Origin: Eledone cirrhosa
Lineage: Eukaryota
Reading direction: 5' to 3'
Length of the DNA: 64,000 nucleotides
Assembly: GCA_964016885.1 (NCBI GenBank)
Contig: CAXHJY010000194.1
Location: 70,210 to 134,209, forward strand
Both the position numbers and the translations under genes were made by a program. Shown one piece after another: positions 25,341 through 39,180 of the stretch. A model generated the notes under the pieces. That model saw only the letters and a program-made list of their open reading frames with translations, was not told the DNA's origin and ran no database searches. Within the stretch, counting starts at the first letter, position 1; each line of letters begins with the position of its first letter.

Positions 25341-26821
25341 ATTTCCTTTAAATACCATCTTGCTACTCTAATCTAGATAATCTTAGGGTGTGTTTAACAT
25401 GACAGCCTTTAATGAAATTGAATTGTTGGTCAGACTGTTTGATGGAAATCTCTGACCAAACTAGGCTATCTGCTGGGTGTGTTTGATGAAAATGTTTGGT
25501 CAGACAAAGCCTGTCAACTGGGTGTGTTTGATGAAAACCTCTGGTGAAGCTGTTTAATGAAATTGACTTGTTGGTCAGATCATTTGATGAAACTGTTTGG
25601 TCAGGCCATCTCCTGGCTGTGTTTGATGAAAATGTCTGATTAAGCTCTTCAGTCTATTTGATGGATGTTTTTGATGTAACTGGTTTTGATGAAACTGATT
25701 GATGAATCTGACAAGATCTCTCTGCTTGATGTGTTTGATGAACATGATAGTGACATTGTTTGGTGTAATATTTTATGAAACCATTTGGTTAGGTCAGCTG
25801 GGTGAACCTTTTAACATGATAGTTGGTGAGAATGTTTTATAGGACTGTTTGATCAACCCTTTTGTTACTATATTTCTAATAGAAGACACTGCCTATGATT
25901 TTCAAATGATTTAAAAAATAATCAAGAATTTAAAGAGATTTACTGATGTAACTCATGTTCTCATTATTAAGCTGGTGTTTGGAAAACAATTTAATAAGGG
26001 TTCTTACATAAAAGTTGAGATGAAAGGTTTTAAATAAATATTAACACTTTCTCATTATTAGTCGATAACATAAAGTACCTGTAATGCATTGGGGTAGATT
26101 TAATAAACTTTCCTCTTCTCTCAATATTGTTGACCTTGTGCCTAAATCAGAAACCATTATTAAACTGGTGTTTGGAACATAACTTAACAAAGGTTCTTAC
26201 ATATAATTATTATGAAAGGTTTTAGATAAATATAAATACTTTAAAGCAACCAGTTTTGTATAATAAAATCAAGGGTGGTTTCAGGTGGCTTAGTATCAAA
26301 AGGGTTAACTGTATCTGATGAAATTAGTTGGTTAAAATGTTTGATGGAAATAGCAAGTGTTTCTACAATATATACATTCATTCATAAGTGAGTGTATATA
26401 TAGAAAATGTTGGTGTGTAAGTGTGAATGTAAATATCTTGTACCTTTACAACTTGAGTATGTATATATATGTATATAAATGTGTGTGTGTGTATGTGTTC
26501 TACACACACATATATATAAACATGTGTGGGTATGTATGTGCACATGTATGCATCTGTGAGTATATATATATATATATATATAAATATATATATATACTTT
26601 AGTGCTGACTCTATCTATGATGACTTGTCTAACCCTTGTTAGCAGGGAAAATGTATGTTAAATGACAATGATAATGATGATAATATATGTGTGCTGTGTG
26701 TTAGTTTGTGGGTCACTCATTGATGTAATACTGCTGACCCTGCGTCCCTGAAGCTATATTGCATGAACACAGACACCCTCAACACCAACTTTTGGTTTCT
26801 TTCTCTTCTCTCTCTCCCTAG

Positions 26822-26857
26822 GTATGTGTTGTATTTTTCCACGCAGACTCTCCAAAG
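26822..26857 (+). CDS. Candidate 36-nt symmetric (phase 1-1) exon (G)MCCIFPRRLSK, or recursive splice site
   Basis: Very strong polypyrimidine tract tttctttctcttctctctctccctag; in frame with the flanking exons; weak donor AAG/gtagtg. Confidence 0.4.
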
Positions 26858-27558
26858 GTAGTGTTTAAACCATCGTTTTGTTCCTTACTCTTTCATTTGC
26901 TTCCTCAACCAGATATCTTCTGCCTTCCTGAATGGTTTATTTAAACTACGACGTCTGTGAACCTAACACCACTGTAGGCTTAAATCCTAATCTTTCTAGC
27001 TATCCTCTCACAAATCCTTATTCCTTGTAGTCACCTCTCAACACAAACCCTTTCCTTGTTGTTCTAAACCTAATTCTAACCTAAAATTATAATATTTTTT
27101 TATGTTTATTTCTGATAATTTTCATAAATTCTTAATGGGATATTCTTATAACCCTTTTGATAACAATCTGCCCAAAACTACTTCTGGTTCTATGAGACTA
27201 AACCACATATTTTGAAAGGTTCCTATCTAAATTAAAATCTTGCAACATAATTTGATATAGGGACCTTTTGTTATGTTACAAAATATCATTTCAATTAAAT
27301 ATTGGATAATTTTATGAATTCCTCCAAATTGTTCATTAATTACTGCAAATACAATATATTTCATTAGAAATATAGTAATTAAAGGGTTAAAGATATTTCC
27401 TAAATTTAGTTCATTTCCTGTGAAATGTCACACAGGCAATGCTGGTGAAATTGTTCAAGGAGATTAATGTGCCTGTGATAGACAACCCAGGTTTCACAGA
27501 AATATAATGAGCAAAATGCATGGTCTGTCAACTTCCACCATTTATAATATATATACAC

Positions 27559-27789
27559 ACAAATATAGAGCCATCTCGATTAAGGCTCAGAATTGACTAC
27601 ACGAAGACCGCTGTAAAGCACTCTAAAATAAAGAACCTCACTAGTGTATCCCTAGAGGAAAAAAATTCTTATAACAGTTATAAGAATTTTTTTCCTCTAG
27701 GGATACACTAGTGAGGTTCTTTATTTTAGAGTGCTTTACAGCAATCTTCCATGTAGTCAATTCTGAGCCTTAAATGGTTCTATATTTGT
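27559..27789. repeat. Near-perfect palindrome or foldback centred at 27676
   Basis: ...aattcttataac-a-gttataagaatt...; arms about 115 bp with a 1-nt spacer. Confidence 0.95.
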
Positions 27790-28349
27790 ATTTATAAGCT
27801 TCTCTGGGTTATATTCTAAGCAATATTATTCATGAGATGTAATGTATATTACTGACTAAATCTTAAATATATACATATATATATATATATTATAAAGAGT
27901 TGGGACCCCAACGGCTGAGCTCTTGCCATTTCAAATTATGTATATATATATATATTGAGTAAAAACATTATTTTGTTTTGTTTTGACATCTTTTTAACCC
28001 CTACCACCTTTATATTTCTACTTGCATTGTACCGGCTTTGCAAACACCTTATCATTTATTACACATTGTTGTAATTTGGGAGGGTCATGCTGACCATAAA
28101 AACACATGTACCATTTCAATTTCACTTCAATTTATTATTAGTTAAGTAACTAATCCATCTATTGGTTAGTTTATTAACCTGGTGGCATTTTTTTATTATT
28201 AATTGCCAAAGATCTTTCATCACATATCTTGTGACCTTCTCAATGACTACCCTTGATCCTTCGTGTCTCCTCTTTGTTCTGATCTTGTTCTGTCTACTCC
28301 ACATGTACACATACACACACATATATATATGTGTGTGTACATGTACAAT

Positions 28350-28555
28350 TCAGTATACAATGCAAATGTTCTGTCTATTCTCTTATATTCCTGTGAAACC
28401 TGGGTTGTCTGTCTTAAGTACATTAAACTCCTTGAACAGTTTCACCAGTATTGCCTGTGTGATACTCTCAGGGTTCAATGGAGTACACACACAGCAGACA
28501 CTGAAATATTACCAAATGCATGTGTTGTCAGCATTGAAGATTACATTCACAACCA
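28350..28555 (+). mobile_element. Old RTE/BovB-like LINE fragment
   Basis: Translation VYNANVLSILLYSCETW...LLEQFHQYCL..LRVQW...TEIL. Confidence 0.75.
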
Positions 28556-29402
28556 GGTGATGGTAGTGGTGGTGGTGGTAGTAGTAGTGGTAGTAGTAGT
28601 AGTAGTAGTAGTAGTAATAGTAGTAGTTGAAATGGTGTCTAATTTATGTATAAAGCCAGCAATTAGAGTGGGATTTGATTAAATACTTAATTGGTACTTC
28701 ATTTTATTGACTCTGGAAAAATGAAAAATAAAATTGGCCTTGGCAGAATTTGAACTCAGGACATAAAAGAAATACTATGACTAGAAGCTGCAAAAAAGGA
28801 AAGGAAGGAATCATCACATCAGATAAAGAAAGCAATATTTCTTTTGGTCTTTCCATTGCTGTTACTCTCTGCTAGTTGTAACTCCTAGCAGAAGAAAGGG
28901 GTGAATCATTAGACTGGACCAAGGAAACACTGTTTCTATTGGTCTTTCCATTGCTGATGTTATCTGTCAGTCATAATTCCTGGCAGAAGAAAAGAGCTGA
29001 TTATCACATTAGATTAAGTAAACAATGTTACGATCTTTCCATTGCTGAAACTCTCTGTCAGTCATTATCTCCTGGCTGAAGGAACAATATGAAATACATT
29101 ACATATATTGCTCAACAACATGACTTGCCACCCAGTCCAGGAATCCAACCCACAACCTTATGAATGTTAGTCCAACACCCCAACCACTAGCCCACATACC
29201 TTCACATGTGAGAATACTGTTTGAGTTGAAGTGAATCAATAGTCAGTATAGAGCAACAGCACTTTATCTATGACCTACATAGACAGGTTGAGAAATGATC
29301 GCTAAAACCACACTTTCTTCTGTGATGACTTAATTCATGTGAAGCAATGTTGAAGAAACTCTTAGTGATAGAGACACAGAGAGATATATGTATGTATATG
29401 TG

Positions 29403-29443
<41 letters not shown>

Positions 29444-29629
29444 GAGAGAGAGAGAGACAAACACACACATATATATATATATGTATAGTAAGAGAGACAG
29501 AGAGAAAGAGACGATTAGATATATATGTATATATATCTGTTTGTCTAACTAAGAGTTTTTTTACATAGAGTACTTTTTCCTTCTTGTTGACTCTCTTACT
29601 ACATATATGCAGACATATATATACATACA

Positions 29630-29660
<31 letters not shown>

Positions 29661-29706
29661 TATATATACATATATATATATTATATATACATATATATAT
29701 ATATGT

Positions 29707-29775
<69 letters not shown>

Positions 29776-32700
29776 TACATATAATATATATATACATTCA
29801 TATTTGTACTCACACACATATATAGAGAGAGAGGTCGGGGAGAAAGAGAGGTTTGTAACTTTGTGTAACCACGGAGAAAATTAGGGGATCTTTGTCGGAA
29901 AACATTGCATAGTATTGCTGCTGCTGTCGTTGCTGCTGCATGGTGCAACAGAGATGTCAGAATGCATTAAAGTGCATGATAAGAAATTTCAGTTACACTG
30001 CATTATGTTGCACAGTTAACATGCATGGCTATCACTTGGCATCAAGTATGATTGTTCACCAAATTGACATCTGTGCATGATTCCTATAATGCAAGGTTTA
30101 TGCTTGTTGAAATCGAGAAAGTATAGAGTTGTTGATGATTCTTATTGATGTTGTTGTTGCAGGTCTATTGAAAGGATCTTTGTTTGATCAGGGTTAGCTC
30201 CCTTGTTAACATTACAGTTACATTAGCGGCCAATACAAACATCAAATATAAAAAAAGATGTCGAAATTTCATAACTATATATATATATATATATATTTTT
30301 CTCTCTCTCTATATATATATAGCTGCCAGTTTACCACATCAATTAACATATATGTATTTATAGACATATATGTTTGTATGTATGTATGTATTTTTTTGTG
30401 GAGCCAGAAACTCCTAGTCTTCATTAAGTCATCTCTCTAGGAGAAGGTCACTCTGATATAAAACGTGCAGCTTCGTTTGCATCCAATGATGCAGACAAGT
30501 ACTTCTTTTAGGGCAAATGCATTCGATGTTCAGAAAGTGGGAATTGCCCCATGCAAAGCCTTTCCTTACTTTTAAAAAAACCTTCAAGCAATGGTATCGC
30601 TTGATACGTGCCATTTTTTTGCGATCTGTGGTATTGCTGGCCATAAGCAAGGCCCTAGCAAGAGTAAAAAGCCATGTCCGTGATGCTCATGCTTAAGTAT
30701 CAAGCAATGGCATTACTCAAAATCGAGTTGCAGCCATCATCATCATGTATGTATTTAGGTATGCTCTGTAAAGTGGTTCACAGTTGGGTTTCCAGCCATA
30801 GAAACACTACCAAAAATGGTATGTATGTTCACGATGAGGTCTCTCCGACTTGTCTAGTCTCAGATTGTGATACTCTGTCTAAATCATGCTAACATAGGGA
30901 GCAGATATAAAATGATGGACAATTTCTTCCATACTCTCAATGTTAACACCCAAATTATCCCATTAGAAATTAATAAAACAGATATTATCAATAAAAATCA
31001 ATATATTATGTAATATTTATACAGTAATTATTGTCAGTTCACGTGACCTTTCATAACCTTAATGAGGTCACACAGTGTAGTCACAGAGTGAGGTTACATA
31101 AACCACACAGTAAGTTCACACATTAAGGCCACACAAGGATGTCTCTCAGTAAAGTCACATCATAAGGTTACTCAGTAAATGCACCTCATAAAATCACACC
31201 ATAAAGTCGCACCATAAAGTTACACCATAAAGTCGCACCATAAGTTCACAGTAAAGTCATGCCGTAAGGTCACACTGTAAGGTTGCACAGTCATCCATGA
31301 AGCATCTATCCTAGTTCTTCAGTACCCAGGTAGTCTGTAGTGGGTTACCATGGTGCCTGTAGCAGGCTTGGTTGGGGTTGATAATCAGAGAATTTAACTG
31401 TTGTGTTCAAGCTCTTGGCATGACACAGAGTATGATAAGGCTAGCTCTTTGAATTACAGGTACAGTCCATCTTGTTTTATAGGGTTTGTAGCTGAGGATT
31501 CTAAAGATATGTGTATCTTTAATCTCTCAGGGAGATTCAACATGACACAGTGTGTGTGAGAAGGGGCGCCCTTTAAATTTCAGGTACGACTCGAAGAACA
31601 CTGGAGCATGAAATAAAGTGAATTTAAAACATTTTTATTTGTCTTACATATCTTACATGTTTCAACAGAGGAATTTTAAAGGATATGGTAAATGGAAGAA
31701 TTTTATTTACGCTACATTGTGTGTATGTGCATATATATATATAAGGATGTTCTGCCATTTCCATCTACCAAATTCCATTCACAAGATAATGGTGAACCTG
31801 AGGCTATAGTAGAAGACACTTGCCCCAGGTGCCACAGACTATAATTGAGCCCAGAACCGCATGGTTGTGAAGTACACTTCTTAACCATATAGTCACTCTT
31901 GCACATATTGTTTTCATATTTTTATCAAAAGTGTTAAAACTTTATGATACATTATGGAATTCTTATTGAATTTTAAATTTTTTTACTAAAATTTTATTTC
32001 AAAGAAATTAACATTGAAGACCCTCTCTAAGATATCATTTTTTTCTTTCATTCTTCCTTCCTACTTCTTCACCAATTCCTCCTCCTTCTGACTTCTTTCT
32101 TTCTTTCTCTACACTCCCTCTGCCAACACTACCACCATTATACACCACGAGCACTAACCACCACTATACACCAGCACAACTGTACAATATCACCACCAGC
32201 ACTACTGCTACTTCTACTACTACTACAAATATAGTGGTGGTGGTAGTAGTAGTAAACCTTTTGTCATGAATCACAGTGTTTTATATATATATATAATAAT
32301 AATAATAAATACAAGAATTCTGAAAGAAATTTAAGACATTTTTATTAGTCTTACACATGTTTCAACAAAGGAAAAATGAAAAACATGGTAAATAGAAAAT
32401 TTTTATTTAAGCTGCAACATTGATGGAGTTTTTATTTAGGAAATATTCTTAAGACAGAGTTACTTTTACATTATTGTTAGTAATCATGCAATGATCCTCA
32501 TACAATTATGTAATGTCAGTAGATATGCTGCTGGTATGGTATAACTATCTTGGTATGATGTTCAATTATGTAAAAGTAATTCTGTCTTAACAATATTTTG
32601 TGTATATGTATATATAACAATTTGTAAACAAGCCGCTACTAGTTTTTAAACTTAGCGTCTTATAGTTTAATGGGTTATCTTGATGTTCTGGTGACTCTCA

Positions 32701-32824
32701 GATGTTTTTTCTCAAGGAAATCTCCTTGTACAAAATATGTATTTTTTAATGTCTGTGGATAAAAATGTAATGTAAAATTATGTTAAGATTCATTAATCAT
32801 ATGTATAATTATCCCTATATACAA

Positions 32825-33015
32825 TAATTGTTTCTACTTTAGGCACAAGGCCAGCAATTACCCAGTGCATTACTGGTACTTTATTTTATCGACCCCGTAA
32901 GGATGAAAGGCAAAGTCAACCTTGGCAGGATTTGAACTCAGATCGTAAAGGGACGTAACTATGCTGGAAAGCATGGAGTCCGACCCTCTACCGATACTGC
33001 CAATCCACCGCCCTC
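32825..33015 (-). mobile_element. tRNA-headed Nin-domain SINE
   Basis: Reverse-complement copy of the 11780-11975 family. Confidence 0.75.
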
Positions 33016-33316
33016 ATCCCTATATACAATAATGCAGCTTAAATTAAATTATTCTATTTCCTACATTCTTCATAATTCCTGTATTTATTATTTAAATGCT
33101 TTGTGCCACTTGCACTTAAACAATAACCTGGATTTGTTTACCTAAAGTTTAAATACCTTATTCCACGTGGATTACACAGATGAATAGGTTGGTTCTATTT
33201 ACTGATTATTGAACTACATTGAGCTTGAAATTTCCTTGGTATAACTTTAATAACTTGATTTTTCTTTACCTTTATATATATATATAAACAAGAAGTGTAA
33301 ATCAACAGGTTAAAAT

Positions 33317-33398
33317 TAACTTCGTTTATTCATAGTCACTGTTATATATATTTTGGTGATAACCATTATACAACAGCTATGACCTCATCAGGCAGTTA
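33317..33398 (-). ncRNA. Degenerate hammerhead motif (3' core deleted)
   Basis: Minus strand reads UAACUGC-CUGAUGA-GGUCAUAG-CUGUUGUAUA...UAUAUAACAG..CUAUGA..AAAC-GAAGUUA. Confidence 0.45.
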
Positions 33399-33566
33399 GA
33401 ATTTGAACAGAAAAATATAACGAAGGAATAAAGCTTACTTCTGCTATTTTGATTTTTCGATATGTTCCATGATGAAATTTGGTGTTAATTTCTCAAGGCA
33501 CCGGTAGCATCTATATATATATATATATATATAGTTAAAAGAATAGAGGTGTAACACACAAGTTAT

Positions 33567-34070
33567 TATATATTGGTAAACGGAATAGAAAATGCTGACA
33601 AATTGTTCACAGTTGAAAAATGGTTTAATTAGGAATAAAAGAGTATTAGTGATTGTATGGGTTAGTATTCAGTTGTGGTTTTAAGTTTTTAAGTTTTTAC
33701 CGGTTGCGCATTTCTAAATGCTTTTCAAAAATAATTTTGAGATAGAGTGTCCGTGCTGTTTGCTCTGATCTGATTAGTTTTGGGAATTCTACCTGTTTTT
33801 ATGTTAAAAAAGTGGCTCCAGCGTTATTTTTGTGTTGCAAAAATGTTTGTGGTCAAAACAATTTTGATTGGTCGGTAGAGGTCATGTGAATGTAAAAAGT
33901 TGATTTTGCGCCAAGACTGTTTTTATGTTAAATAAGTGGCTCCAGCAAAAATTCTTGGTCAAAACAATTTTGATTGGTCGGTAGAGGTCATGTGGATAAA
34001 AAATTGGTTTTGCGCCAAGATTGAGAAATGACTCTTTCACAACAAATATGTGTGTGTGTGTGTGTATGTG

Positions 34071-34107
<37 letters not shown>

Positions 34108-34183
34108 AGTAGTAGTAGTAGTAAGGTGTTCGATGCTGCGACAATGGCCAGCAGCGATGTGTGTCAAATGGCTATTAAGATAA

Positions 34184-34216
<33 letters not shown>

Positions 34217-34323
34217 GCAGAGTCATTCGAAGGTCAAAAAATATTTGTGTGTGTGTGTGTGTGTGTTTGACACACATCACTGCTGGCCATTGTCGCAGCA
34301 TCGAACACCTTACTACTACTACT

Positions 34324-34385
<62 letters not shown>

Positions 34386-34830
34386 ACACACACACACACA
34401 TATTTGTTGTGAAAGAGTCATTTCTCAATCTTGGCGCAAAACCAATTTTTTATCCACATGACCTCTACCGACCAATCAAAATTGTTTTGACCAAGAATTT
34501 TTGCTGGAGCCACTTTTTTAACATAAAAACAGTCTTGGCGCAAAATTGTTTTGACCACAAGCATTTTTGCAACACAAAAATAACGCTGGAGCCACTTTTT
34601 TAACATAAAAACAGGTAGAATTCCCAAAACTAATCAGATCAGAGCAAACTGCACGGACACTCTATCTCAAAATTATTTTTGAAAAGCATTTAGAAATGCG
34701 CAACCGGTAAAAACTTAAAAACTTAAAACCACAACTGAATACTAACCCATACAATCACTAATACTCTTTTATTCCTAATTAAACCATTTTTCAACTGTGA
34801 ACAATTTGTCAGCATTTTCTATTCCGTTTA

Positions 34831-34840
<10 letters not shown>
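33567..34840. repeat. Long inverted repeat (arms about 600 bp, spacer about 100 bp)
   Basis: 33567-34168 is the reverse complement of 34266-34840; bounded by (TA)n. Confidence 0.95.
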
Positions 34841-34873
<33 letters not shown>

Positions 34874-35531
34874 TTAGAAGGAACAAGGGGCTGTGTGATT
34901 ACTTGATAAAGTGTATTTAGAAATAAAAGGAAAGCACAAACATATAAATAGTAAAATGCAGAAATATATTTAGTTTAATGCTGTATATAGTAGGAAAATA
35001 GTTTTTACGTTTCAGGCACTAGTCCTTCATCAAGTTCTTAGAAAATCAGATAAAATACCCCTAGGGATGTAAAAGGTAGCCAGTAGCTGCTACGGAGAAT
35101 TGAACTGTATTTCTGAAAATCCAACTCTAGCCATTGAGCTAAACAACCACTGACAACTGATGCCATCTGAATTAGTGGATATTATATCGTGCTGGTACCA
35201 CAATATAATACACCCAGTACACTCTGTAAAATGTGGGAATGTATGGAAGCAAGAGATGTGAGATGTCAGCTGCTCCAGATTAAGTTTTGAGCTGGTCGGT
35301 GATGACCTGTTATCCAATCCTTGATAGCAGGGAACGTTAAATGATGACAACGCTGACAGTGATGATAATGATGAATATGGTTTTTCAATTTTTAACAGAA
35401 CATTGAATTATATTTGTATGTGTATACATATGGATGTATATATATATGTGTGTATCTGCATATATATGTATATATATGTTTGTGTATATGAATGTGTATG
35501 TATATATATGTATATGTATTTGTGTTGTATG

Positions 35532-35574
<43 letters not shown>

Positions 35575-36099
35575 TTGTAGGTGTATCTTGTGTATGAGTG
35601 CATGTATGTGCCTATATATGTGTATATATATGTATGTGTATGTTTATGTGTTTGTGTGTATACATTTATATACAACAGCACAAAACCTTAATAATTCTGA
35701 AGAATTCTTAGGAAAATTGAAAAAATAATGAAAAAATATCAAATATAAACATTTGATGAAGGTGTTGTGATATCTTAGAAAACCTCTGGTTTCCTTTCAT
35801 TGTTGTTGTTGTTATGGTAAATATCTCAGAAAAGCTCTGGTTGTCTCTTGATTTTGTTGTTGTTATTGTTACTGCTGTTATTGTTGTTTTTTGTTGTTAT
35901 TGTTACTGCTGTTATTGTTGTTTTTTGTTGTTATTGTTACTGCTGTTATTGTTGTTTTTTGTTGTTATTGTTACTGTTGTTTTTGTTGTTGCTACTGCTG
36001 TTATTGTTTGTTAAAAAAAATAATTACTTGTTAATACTATTATGCTTATTATTATTGTTATTATTATTATTATTATTTCTGATTTTTATTATCATTATT

Positions 36100-36920
36100 A
36101 CCATCATCATCACAATCCTCATCACCAGCACCACCACCAACACTATCACTACCATCAATACCATCACTACCACTACCGCTATTATCACCATCAACCAATA
36201 CCACCACCATCAATACCATCACCACCACCACCAATACCACCATCACTACCACCAATATCATCACCACCACCACCACCACCATCACCACCACCACCAATAC
36301 CATCACCACCACCACCAATACCACCATCACCACCATCACCATCACCACCACCACCAATACCACCAATACCACCACCACTACCACCATCACCACCACCACC
36401 AATACCACCATCACCACCACCAATACCACCACCACTACCACCACCACCACCACCACCAATACCACCACCATACCACCATCACCACCACCAATATCATCAC
36501 CACCATCACCACCACCAATACCATCACCACCACCACCAATACCACCACCAATACCACCACCACCACCAATACCCCCCCCCCCACCACCAGCACCAATACC
36601 ACCACCAATACCACCACCACCACCACCAATATCATCACCACCATCACCACCACCAATACCACCATCACCACCACCAATACCACCACCACTACCACCACCA
36701 CCACCACCAATACCATCACCACCACCACCAATACCACCACCACCAATATCATCACCACCATCACCACCACCAATACCACCACCACTACCACCACTATCAC
36801 CAATACCACCACCACCACCACCACCACCACTACCACCACCACCACTACCACCACCATCACCAATATCACCACTACCACCACCACCACCACCACCACCACC
36901 ACCAATACCATCATCACGAT
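36100..36920. repeat. (CCA)n-rich trinucleotide tract
   Basis: Direct reading; poly-His/Thr/Pro ORFs are artefacts. Confidence 0.95.
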
Positions 36921-37402
36921 CATTGTCGTTATTAATGCCATTATTGCTAACACATGCCATCCCATGCACAATTGTGCAGTGTACACCTGCCTCTGCATGA
37001 ATGCTACAACACTACAATAACAGCTGCACTATTGTCCACACAGCAACAATAGCAACAACAACAACTGCACTCTCATCCACACAACATCAACAAGAGCAAC
37101 AATAAGAACAACAACTGTACTATTATCCACACAGCCACAATAGCAACATCAACATCGACACCACCACCACCACCATCCACATCGACACCACCACCACCAC
37201 CATCCACCTCCACCATATACCTGCTTACACACACACATTCATACATATATACATATATATACACACATGCACATACATATATAGACATATACACATACTT
37301 TTATAAATACATACTCACACACATACACACACTCATACACATACACACACACACACACATACAGAAATGCACATGCATACACATACATACAAACATATAC
37401 AT

Positions 37403-37437
<35 letters not shown>

Positions 37438-37544
37438 TACATACAGTTATGGAAAGCAGATGTAAGTGAAGACTATTAGTTTCTGTATTGCCTCGTTGTT
37501 AAGGTGCTGGATTCACAATTGTGAGGTGATGAGTTTCATTCCTG

Positions 37545-38105
37545 CCCTTTATAATCTGAGTTCAAATCCCGGCGAGGTTAACTTTCCCTTTCATCCTTCC
37601 AGGGTCGATAAAATAAAGTACCAGTAATACACTGGAGTAATTGCTGGCCTTGTGCCAAAAGTAGAAACAATTATTATTGTCTGAGTGTCAGTAGAGCGTC
37701 AGACATTATGCTTTGCAGCATAGAGTTATGGCCCTTTACGATCTGAGTTCAAATCCCTCTGAGTTTAACTTTCCCTTTCATCCTTCCAGGGTCGATAAAA
37801 TAAAGTACCAGTAATGCACTAGGGTAATTGCTGACCTTGTGCCAAAAGTAGAAACAATTATTATTGTCTGAGTTATAGGGAGGTGGATTGGCAGTATCGG
37901 TAGAGCATCAGACACCATGCTTTGCAGCATAAAGTTCCGGCCCTTTATGATCTGAGTTCAAATCCCGCTAAGGTTAACTTTGCTTTTCATCCTTATGGGG
38001 TCGATAAAATAAAGTACCAGTAATGCACTCAGGTCGATTTAATCAACTTTCTGCTCCCTCAAAATTACTGGCCTTGTACCTAAATCAGAAACAATTATTA
38101 CTATT
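37545..38105 (+). mobile_element. Three tandem Nin-domain SINE units
   Basis: The block ctgagttcaaatcc...gtcgataaaataaagtaccag...gaaacaattattatt occurs three times at about 185-210 bp spacing. Confidence 0.8.
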
Positions 38106-38354
38106 ATTGTCACCATCTTCATCACCACCACCTCCAACACCAACAACACTATTATCACCACCATCAACACCCACTGTCATCACCACTATCAATACCATCA
38201 TCTACACCTATTATATTTTCCATATACTGTCATATATTAATCTGTCATTGACAACAGCTACACATAATATTTACCATATGCACTGTTTCATCACAAATAC
38301 TTTCCTGCTTCAATCTCTCTTGACAACATCTACACCTATGATATTTTCCATATA

Positions 38355-38535
38355 TGGGGGCCGGCTGAAAAATTCATAATCTGACCAAGATACTTTCATG
38401 GAATGACAAAATGAGGTTTATTTTTCAACATAGTCTCTGGAAACATAAGAAGAGTTGAAATTAATGCATGCAAGATTTCACAGCTCTAGCATCACTCCTT
38501 CATAGTCAGCCTATGAACCTTTCAGCCCACCCTCA
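38355..38535. mobile_element. mariner-derived MITE
   Basis: Imperfect TIRs tgggggccggctgaaaaattcataatctgac and gtcagcctatgaacctttcagcccaccctca, each flanked by TA. Confidence 0.7.
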
Positions 38536-38589
38536 TATATTGTTTTGTCACAAACAGTCATACATCATTTTACTGTTTTGTAATGTCAC

Positions 38590-39180
38590 CTTTAGTTGAC
38601 CTGACAGTTTATTTGATATAAGTCATGACACAGTTGATTTAACCTAAGTGACCCTGACATAATTGATCTGACCTATGTGACCTAAGTCACCTAACACAGT
38701 TGACTTGACACAGTCAACCTGGCCTAAGTGACATGAGATAGTTGACCTGATAGAAATGACCTGACACAGTCAACCTGGCCTAAGTGACATGACATAGTTG
38801 ACCTGATAGAAATGACCTGACACAGTCAACCTGGCCTAAGTGACATGAGTTAGTTGGCCTGACACAGTCAACCTGGCCTAAGTGACATGGCATAGTTGAC
38901 CTGATAGAGATGACCTGACATAGTCAACCTGGCCTAAGTGACATGACATAGTTGACCTGATAGAAATGACCTGGCACAGTCAATCTGACCTAAGTGACAT
39001 GACATAGTTGACCTGATAGAAATGACCTGACAGTCAATCTGACCTAAGTGACATGACATAGTTGACCTGATAGAAATGACCTGACACAGTCAATCTGACC
39101 TGAGTGACATGACACATTTGACCTGATCTACTGACACAGCCAACCTGACCTAAGTGATGTGACACAGTTGACCTGAGCTA
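38590..39180. repeat. 56-bp minisatellite built from 14-bp gacctgacacagtt-like subunits
   Basis: Units start at 38709, 38765 and 38821. Confidence 0.85.

Noticed and set aside
25390-25860. Repeated TTTGATGAAA motifs resembling hammerhead cores
   Set aside because: No stem II, GAAA or stem I partner; this is a decayed tandem repeat.
26847-26857. 11-nt microexon using the acceptor cgcag at 26846
   Set aside because: It would shift phase from 1 to 0 and break the frame with the 52702 exon.
35848-37020. His/Pro/Thr/Gly-rich ORFs
   Set aside because: (CCA)n low-complexity sequence open in many frames, with no splice or homology support.
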